Below are positions 7,232 to 13,412 of a stretch of DNA of 13,412 nt, one piece after another. A model generated the notes under the pieces. The model did not search any database. It worked only from the letters and a program-made list of their open reading frames with translations, and had not been told where the DNA came from. Positions within the stretch are counted from its first letter, which is position 1, and the number at the start of each line of letters is the position of its first letter. The position numbers and the translations under genes are program-made. Origin of the DNA: Thermodesulfobacteriota bacterium (GTDB lineage Bacteria > Desulfobacterota_D > UBA1144 > Nemesobacterales > N074bin48); NCBI GenBank assembly GCA_041572575.1, contig JBFFSH010000070.1:1-13412 (forward strand), read 5' to 3'.

Positions 7232-7830
7232 TAATTAAGTTCCTCTTTAAATATCTCCATCTGTTCTCTGAGTTTGTTCATGCCAAGCCTTATCCAGCTC
7301 TTTACCGTTCCCAGAGGCTCATTCATTTCATTTGCTATCTCACTTTGACTGAGTCCATAAAAATATGCAAGCTCAATTGCCTTCCTTTGCTTGTCTCCTA
7401 GCATTGAAAGTGCCTTATTAACAATATTTTTTCTCTCATTTACATATTTTTCATCTTCCGGTGTTAAACCAAACTCGACAATCTCTTCTTCTGAGCTGAT
7501 TTCCAGTGTATTTCTCTTTGATCCTGCTCTTAACTTATCTATTGACCTTGTTCTGGTAATCATAAGAAGCCATGTCATGGGACCGGCTTTTGACGAATCA
7601 TACTGTGAAGCTTTTTCCCATACCTGCATATATACTTCCATCATTACTTCCTCTGAATCTTCAACATCAAACAGTATTTTTTTTGCAAGACCATAAACCA
7701 TGCTGCTTGTCTGGTCATAAAAACTACTAAACGCAGCTTCATCCCCTGTGGATATTGCTGCCAGTAAACCTTCAAGGTCTTCCCTACCCCTGGGGATACT
7801 AGCCGTATCGTGTGTTTGAATCTGTGTCAT
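7231..7830 (-). CDS. ECF sigma-70 family factor, SigK-like, 'sigma-1'
   Basis: GDEAAFSSFYD..VYGLA..DSEEVMMEVYMQVWEKASQYDSSKAGPMTWLLMITRTRSIDKLR; region 4 IELAYFYGLSQSEIA..PLGTVKSWIRLGM. The ORF-track start 7938 abuts the -10 box, so ATG 7830 is preferred, although it lacks a clear SD (start uncertain). Confidence 0.92.
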   Translation of the reverse strand: MTQIQTHDTASIPRGREDLEGLLAAISTGDEAAFSSFYDQTSSMVYGLAKKILFDVEDSEEVMMEVYMQVWEKASQYDSSKAGPMTWLLMITRTRSIDKLRAGSKRNTLEISSEEEIVEFGLTPEDEKYVNERKNIVNKALSMLGDKQRKAIELAYFYGLSQSEIANEMNEPLGTVKSWIRLGMNKLREQMEIFKEELN

Positions 7831-7866
7831 AGCACAATTGCATAAATAATTACTGTACGGATTAAC

Positions 7867-7895
7867 ATTATATAATATTCCGCTGTATTTGGAAA
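7867..7895 (-). promoter_or_regulatory. Possible sigma70-type basal promoter for sigma-1 (TTTCCA-N17-TATAAT)
   Basis: Minus-strand TATAAT at 7872-7867 and TTTCCA at 7895-7890 with a 17-nt spacer. AT-rich context makes a chance match possible. Confidence 0.3.
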
Positions 7896-7938
7896 TACCA
7901 TCTGTCAATATTGATACGGCGTAACTGTTCACGTACAT

Positions 7939-7969
7939 ATATACGTAAACTATTACCGTTTTGGATGAA
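7939..7969 (-). promoter_or_regulatory. ECF sigma promoter copy 3 (TTCATCCAA-N15-CGTATAT), autoregulatory position upstream of sigma-1
   Basis: Plus strand ATATACG 7939-7945, 15-nt spacer, TTGGATGAA 7961-7969. Confidence 0.85.
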
Positions 7970-7983
7970 AATAATGATAAAAT

Positions 7984-8397
7984 TTATTCCAATACAGGCT
8001 CAACACCAATAATTCTAATGTTTTTTGCAATATATCCCATCGATCCAGCACCGAGTGTGGTACCGCCTTTAACATAAATATCACTCGAATTTGCAGGTAC
8101 TGTTATTGGAAGTACTCCGCTTGTGCTGCTTAAATATCTATTGTATTTGGGGTAGTTTGAATAATAATCCACCTTAACCCTGATATTCTTATAATCTATA
8201 CTAGCCGTATTTTCTATTTCTACATGGTGGATAATAGCAACCCTTGCGGCAACATAGAACTGCCAATCGGTTATTTTTAGGTAGTTTTGAGGGTTTTCTA
8301 CCATATCGTTCTTTGTTTGTTCAGAAGCTGTGGCACTGTATAATCCTGTAAAAATTAGTATAGATACTAATATTAAAGCAGAGGTTATCTTGATCAT
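7984..8397 (-). CDS. Exported or membrane-anchored hypothetical protein, beta-rich (possibly FxLYD/Ig-like)
   Basis: ATG 8397 after a GGGGGG RBS-like run (ORF track starts at TTG 8421); signal peptide MIKITSALILVSILIFTGLYSATA; alternating beta pattern HVEIENTASIDYKNIRVKVDYY. Confidence 0.7.
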   Translation of the reverse strand: MIKITSALILVSILIFTGLYSATASEQTKNDMVENPQNYLKITDWQFYVAARVAIIHHVEIENTASIDYKNIRVKVDYYSNYPKYNRYLSSTSGVLPITVPANSSDIYVKGGTTLGAGSMGYIAKNIRIIGVEPVLE

Positions 8398-8659
8398 TAT
8401 AGGGCCCCCCAGAGGATTCAATCTAGATTCAATATAGATATTGTAGCAGAAAAATAATCAAATGGGGGCGATTATAGTGTTACGGAGCTAAAAAGTACTT
8501 TAAATATAAGAAAATATCAGTATAATCTATAGGCTCGGCTGAATACTGCCAGTAACGGTGTTTCTTTAGGATTCATTTCCTGGGTAGAAAATGTAAAAAG
8601 TAGTAATAATTTATTTACTAAGGTATTCAGAATTATATTCTTTATAGGTGATTTGTTAT

Positions 8660-11600
8660 ATGAGTAAAGTCGGATATCCGAAAAAACAGGGTTTATATGA
8701 TCCACAGTTTGAACATGACTCATGCGGAATGGGTTTTGTTGTAAACATCAAGGGCAAAAAATCTCATACAATTGTAAGACAGGCAATTGAAGTGCTGGTA
8801 AATCTACAGCACAGGGGAGCGTGTGGCTGTGAAGCTAACACTGGTGATGGAGCAGGAATATTAATCCAAATGCCTGACAAATTTATACGAAAAGCGGCTT
8901 TAAAGGAAAACATAGACCTTCCGGAGTATAAAAATTATGGCGTAGCTATGATATTTATGCCTTCTGACAGCAAGCAAAGAGGCAAAATTGAAAAAGTATT
9001 TGAAAAAATCGTAGAGGATGAAGGACAGAAATTCTTAGGCTGGAGAACTGTTCCAACTGACAACTCTGATCTTGGAAATACAGCAAAATCCTGCGAGCCG
9101 GTTATAAGGCAGGCTTTTATCGGAAGAAACCCGAAAATAAAGGAAGATATAGATTTTGAAAGAATACTATACGTAATAAGAAGTGTATCCGACACTAAAA
9201 TTAGATATGCAGGTATGAAAGGCGGAGAGAGCTACTATTTATGCAGCATCTCCTATAAAACGATAGTTTATAAAGGAATGCTCACTACAAATCAGCTCGA
9301 TCCCTACTATGCAGACTTAAGCGATACGGATATGCAAACCGCTATTGCTCTTGTGCATTCAAGGTTCAGCACCAACACATTCCCAAGCTGGGACAGGGCT
9401 CATCCATACAGGTATGTAATTCATAATGGTGAAATTAATACCCTCAGGGGAAATATAAACTGGATGAATGCAAGGCAGGCAATGCTTCAGTCTGATTTGT
9501 ATGGCGATGACATTACAAAGATATTCCCCATAATTAATCCCGAGGGCAGCGACTCATCGGCATTTGGAAATTGCCTTGAGTTTCTTACACTTTCAGGAAG
9601 ACCAATTGAACATGCGGTAATGATGATGATTCCCGAGCCCTGGTCAAGGCATGAAAGTATGTCGGAAGATAGAAAGGCATTTTATAAATATCACAGCACA
9701 ATGATGGAGCCATGGGACGGGCCTGCATCAATCGGGTTTACAGATGGAGAGAAAGTTGGGGCGGTGCTCGATAGAAACGGTCTCAGGCCATCAAGATATT
9801 ACGTGACAAAAGACAATCTTGTTATTTTGAGCTCCGAGGTTGGGGTTTTAGAAGTGCCGGCTGAAAATGTAAAATATAAAGGACGCCTTCAGCCCGGAAG
9901 AATGCTCCTTATTGATACCAAACAGGGCAAGATTGTAGAAGATGAAGAGCTAAAGAGTACACTTGAATCAGAGAAGCCTTATGCTCGGTGGCTCTCCGAG
10001 TATATGGTTAACATTAATGACATCGATGAACCTGATAAAGAACCAGAAACATCGGATTATGAACATTCTGAACTCCTTATAAGGCAGAGGGTTTTTGGAT
10101 ATACATTTGAAGAGCTAAGGGTGCTTATTGGTCCAATGGCACAAAATGCGGTTGAACCTGTAGGGGCCATGGGGGTAGACACACCGATTGCAGTATTATC
10201 GGATAAACCAAAACTACTTTACAGCTATTTTAAACAGCTATTTGCCCAGGTTACAAACCCTGCAATAGATGCATACAGAGAAGAACTTATTACCGATACA
10301 AGGGCACATCTTGGCGCAGAAAAAGACCTTATAAATCCTGAGCCTGAAAGCTGTAGAAGAATTGAGCTTGATGATCCCTTTTTGACAAACAAAGCGCTAA
10401 ATAAGATAAAGTACATAGACAGTGAACATTTCAAGTCTCAGACTTTTCCAATACTGTTTGATCCTAAAAAAGGCGGAAAGGGCTTGGGTAAGGCGCTTGA
10501 TAAGGTGTTTAAAGATGTAGACAAAGCTATATCGAACGGCATTAACATTGTGATATTGTCCGACAGGGGATTTAATAAAAAGAAATGCCCTATCCCTGCA
10601 CTTTTAGCAGTTGCTGGTCTTAACCACCATTTAATCAAAAACGGAAACAGGATGAAAGTTTCCATTGTACTCGAATCAGGTGAGCCAAGGGAAGTACATC
10701 ATTTTGGTCTGCTGATCGGATACGGCGCAAATGCTATTAATCCATATATGGCATACGAAACACTAAACGGCATGATAAAGCAAAACCTTTATCTCGAAAA
10801 TATAGATTTTGATAAAGCCGAGGCTAATTACAACAAGAGTCTTGTAAAAGGTGTTATTAAGATAATGTCCAAGATGGGCATTTCTACGGTACAGAGCTAT
10901 CACGGCGCCCAGATATTTGAGGCCCTTGGGCTTGACCAGGACTTTATAGATAAATATTTCACATGGACTCCATCACGTATAAACGGGGCAGACATTGATG
11001 TGATTGCTGAGGAAGCTGTAAAGAGACACTCAAATGCTTATCCGGATAGAGAAATAAAAGAAGATACACTTGATGAAGGTGGCATCTATCAGTGGAGGCA
11101 CGATGGCGAGCGTCATATGTGGAACCCCAGAACAGTTCACAAACTACAGCATGCCACAAGAAGTAACAGCTATGAACTTTATAAAGAGTTTGCTGAACTA
11201 TCCAATAATGAAGAAAAGGAACATTTTACGCTTAGAGGATTATTAGATTTTAGAACCGATAACGACCCCGTTCCAATCGACGAAGTTGAGTCAGTCGAAG
11301 AGATATGCAAGAGGTTTAAAACAGGCGCCATGTCATACGGTGCTATCAGCAAAGAAGCTCACGAAGGGCTTGCGATAGCCATGAATCGTATTGGAGCAAA
11401 GAGCAACACAGGCGAGGGCGGAGAGGATACAGACAGGTTTACCCCCGACGACAATGGTGACCTTAGAAGAAGCGCAATCAAGCAGGTGGCATCGGGTAGG
11501 TTTGGAGTAACAAGTGAATACCTCGTAAATTCAGACGAGATACAGATAAAGATTGCCCAGGGAGCAAAACCAGGCGAAGGCGGGCAGCTTCCCGGAAGAA

Positions 11601-13267
11601 AAGTTTACCCATGGATTGCCAAGGTAAGACTATCAACCCCTGGTGTAGGGTTAATCTCACCTCCACCTCATCACGACATATATTCAATCGAAGATTTGGC
11701 AGAACTTATCTACGATCTTAAAAACTCAAATAAATACGCCAGGATTAATGTAAAACTTGTATCAGAAGTAGGTGTTGGAACCATTGCTGCAGGTGTGGCC
11801 AAGGGCCATGCTGATGTGATCCTTATAAGCGGTACATCTGGTGGTACAGGCGCATCACCTCTGAGCAGTATCCAGCACGCGGGGCTTCCCTGGGAGCTTG
11901 GCATTGCCGAAACTCATCAGACACTTCTTCTTAATAATCTTAGAAGCAGGGTCACGCTCGAAACAGACGGACAGATGAAAACAGGAAGGGATATTGCGAT
12001 AGCTGCTCTTCTTGGAGCAGAGGAATTTGGACTCTCTACTGCCCCACTAATAGTTCTTGGCTGTATTATGATGAGAGTCTGTCATCTGGATACCTGCCCC
12101 GTGGGAGTAGCAACTCAGAATCCTGAACTTAGAAAAAAATATACAGGCGACCCCGGCCATGTGGTTAACTATATGAAATTTATCGCTGCTGAAATGAGAG
12201 AATACATGGCAAAGCTTGGGTTTAGAACCATAAACGAGATGGTAGGTAGAACAGATAGGCTTGAGATGACAAAGGCTCTTGATCACTGGAAAGCCAAGGG
12301 ACTCGATCTGTCAAAGGTATTCACTAAACCTGATGTTCCCCAGGATTTTGGAACATACAAGCAGATGGAACAGGATCATGGTATTCAGGACTCTTTGGAT
12401 GAAACGGTTCTTATGGACATATGTAAACCCACAATAGAAAAAGGTGAGCCTGTAGAAGCCATTGTTCCAATAAAAAATATTAACAGAACAGTAGGCACAA
12501 TCATAGGAAGTGAGCTTACAAGAAGATATGGCCTGGACGGCCTGCCGGAAAACACTCTCAAGCTGCATTTTAACGGCTCAGCCGGGCAGAGCTTTGGTGC
12601 GTTTGTGCCAAAGAGTATGACATTAATTCTCGAAGGCGATTCAAATGACTATATAGGTAAAGGTCTTTCAGGCGGCAAAATTATCGTTTATCCGCCAAAG
12701 AAATCCACATTTAAGGCCGAAGAAAACATTATTATTGGAAACGTCGCATTTTATGGAGCCACTGCGGGAGAGGCTTATATTAGAGGCATGGCAGGGGAGA
12801 GGTTTTGCGTAAGAAACAGCGGGGTACATGCAGTGGTAGAGTCTGTTGGTGATCATGGATGCGAATACATGACAGGCGGAAGCGTGGTGATTCTTGGATC
12901 TGCCGGAAGGAACTTTGCAGCCGGTATGTCTGGTGGAATTGCGTATATATTTGATAAAGATAAGGACTTTGAAACAAAGCTAAATACCGAGATGGTGTCG
13001 CTTGAAGCAATAAATGACAACGATCAGAACACTCTTAAAGACAGAATAGAACAACACCTGGAGCACACGGGTAGTGCAGTTGCAAAGGAAATATTGAATA
13101 CATGGTCTGAAAGTATTAAGAAATTTAAAAAAGTCGTGCCGAATGATTATAAGCGTATGATAGCTCACATTAAAGCTGCTGAGCAGAAGGGTCTGGGAGG
13201 AGAGGATGCGCTTATGGCCGCATTTGAGGAAAACAAGAGAGACCTTGCCAGAGTAAGCGGGAATTAA
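8660..13267 (+). CDS. gltB: Glutamate synthase large subunit
   Basis: Ntn amidotransferase start [31 protein letters not shown] domain [32 protein letters not shown]; [3Fe-4S] motif [17 protein letters not shown] beta-helix. ATG 8660 follows AGGTG (ORF track start is GTG 8648). Confidence 0.98.
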   Translation: MSKVGYPKKQGLYDPQFEHDSCGMGFVVNIKGKKSHTIVRQAIEVLVNLQHRGACGCEANTGDGAGILIQMPDKFIRKAALKENIDLPEYKNYGVAMIFMPSDSKQRGKIEKVFEKIVEDEGQKFLGWRTVPTDNSDLGNTAKSCEPVIRQAFIGRNPKIKEDIDFERILYVIRSVSDTKIRYAGMKGGESYYLCSISYKTIVYKGMLTTNQLDPYYADLSDTDMQTAIALVHSRFSTNTFPSWDRAHPYRYVIHNGEINTLRGNINWMNARQAMLQSDLYGDDITKIFPIINPEGSDSSAFGNCLEFLTLSGRPIEHAVMMMIPEPWSRHESMSEDRKAFYKYHSTMMEPWDGPASIGFTDGEKVGAVLDRNGLRPSRYYVTKDNLVILSSEVGVLEVPAENVKYKGRLQPGRMLLIDTKQGKIVEDEELKSTLESEKPYARWLSEYMVNINDIDEPDKEPETSDYEHSELLIRQRVFGYTFEELRVLIGPMAQNAVEPVGAMGVDTPIAVLSDKPKLLYSYFKQLFAQVTNPAIDAYREELITDTRAHLGAEKDLINPEPESCRRIELDDPFLTNKALNKIKYIDSEHFKSQTFPILFDPKKGGKGLGKALDKVFKDVDKAISNGINIVILSDRGFNKKKCPIPALLAVAGLNHHLIKNGNRMKVSIVLESGEPREVHHFGLLIGYGANAINPYMAYETLNGMIKQNLYLENIDFDKAEANYNKSLVKGVIKIMSKMGISTVQSYHGAQIFEALGLDQDFIDKYFTWTPSRINGADIDVIAEEAVKRHSNAYPDREIKEDTLDEGGIYQWRHDGERHMWNPRTVHKLQHATRSNSYELYKEFAELSNNEEKEHFTLRGLLDFRTDNDPVPIDEVESVEEICKRFKTGAMSYGAISKEAHEGLAIAMNRIGAKSNTGEGGEDTDRFTPDDNGDLRRSAIKQVASGRFGVTSEYLVNSDEIQIKIAQGAKPGEGGQLPGRKVYPWIAKVRLSTPGVGLISPPPHHDIYSIEDLAELIYDLKNSNKYARINVKLVSEVGVGTIAAGVAKGHADVILISGTSGGTGASPLSSIQHAGLPWELGIAETHQTLLLNNLRSRVTLETDGQMKTGRDIAIAALLGAEEFGLSTAPLIVLGCIMMRVCHLDTCPVGVATQNPELRKKYTGDPGHVVNYMKFIAAEMREYMAKLGFRTINEMVGRTDRLEMTKALDHWKAKGLDLSKVFTKPDVPQDFGTYKQMEQDHGIQDSLDETVLMDICKPTIEKGEPVEAIVPIKNINRTVGTIIGSELTRRYGLDGLPENTLKLHFNGSAGQSFGAFVPKSMTLILEGDSNDYIGKGLSGGKIIVYPPKKSTFKAEENIIIGNVAFYGATAGEAYIRGMAGERFCVRNSGVHAVVESVGDHGCEYMTGGSVVILGSAGRNFAAGMSGGIAYIFDKDKDFETKLNTEMVSLEAINDNDQNTLKDRIEQHLEHTGSAVAKEILNTWSESIKKFKKVVPNDYKRMIAHIKAAEQKGLGGEDALMAAFEENKRDLARVSGN

Positions 13268-13301
13268 TTTGATATCAAGATGATTTTGGAGGTTTTGTTG
13301 T

Positions 13302-13412
13302 ATGGGTAATCCCTCGGGATTTATGGAGCACAAAAGGGAGCTTGGCAAAGACAGGTCGCCCAAAAAAAGGATAAATGACTGGAATGAGTTTCACGGACAT
13401 TTGCCTGAAAAC
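13302..13412 (+). CDS. gltD: Glutamate synthase small subunit, 5' fragment (runs off the window)
   Basis: RBS GGAGG 13288-13292; translation MGNPSGFMEHKRELGKDRSPKKRINDWNEFHGHLPEN fits the GltD N-terminus (MG.PTGF.E..R......R..DW.E); lies directly after gltB; absent from the ORF track. Confidence 0.9.
   Translation, partial: MGNPSGFMEHKRELGKDRSPKKRINDWNEFHGHLPEN

Noticed and set aside
7831..7938. 36-aa N-terminal extension of sigma-1 (and the 11-aa extension of DUF4331, 5215-5247)
   Set aside because: Both ATGs sit in or against the CGTATAT -10 box with no room for an RBS; probably ORF-caller over-extension.
5246..7969. Triple motif read as a CRISPR-like repeat, mobile-element end or recombination site
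   Set aside because: The copies are more than 1 kb apart, bipartite with a fixed spacer and always at gene 5' ends; no cas, transposase or integrase gene is in the window.
8517..8723. 68-aa minus-strand ORF upstream of and overlapping gltB
   Set aside because: Overlaps the gltB start and AT-rich promoter region, with no recognisable motif.
12395..12403. Fourth TTGGATGAA (-35 half of the motif) inside gltB
   Set aside because: No ATATACG at 15-nt spacing, it lies within a coding region, and there is no downstream gene on that strand.
8935..13363. Numerous short minus-strand ORFs within gltB/gltD, and similar shadow ORFs at 842, 2302, 3899, 5627, 7195 and 7391
   Set aside because: Antisense to well-supported genes, with no motifs or RBS evidence.

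Overview
AT-rich bacterial chromosomal window, probably from a diderm because it carries a TonB gene. The left edge holds a CckA-like hybrid histidine kinase (+). The right side holds the housekeeping glutamate synthase operon gltB-gltD (+, gltD cut by the window edge). Between them (about 1268-7970, all minus strand) lies a compact ECF sigma-factor module: SigK-like ECF sigma, soluble ASD+cupin (ChrR-like) anti-sigma split by a 1-nt frameshift at an A8 run, a second orphan ECF sigma, an 88-aa secreted peptide with terminator, a secreted DUF4331 protein, a secreted TPR protein, and a solo TonB. An identical bipartite motif TTCATCCAA-N15-CGTATAT occurs three times, in front of sigma-1, sigma-2 and DUF4331. 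This points to an autoregulated regulon and a sigma-to-sigma cascade readable from the DNA. In two of these promoters the -35/-10 spacer holds a perfect antisense copy of the downstream gene's own Shine-Dalgarno, which would silence read-through transcripts. Family assignments come from motif recognition only; no database search was run.
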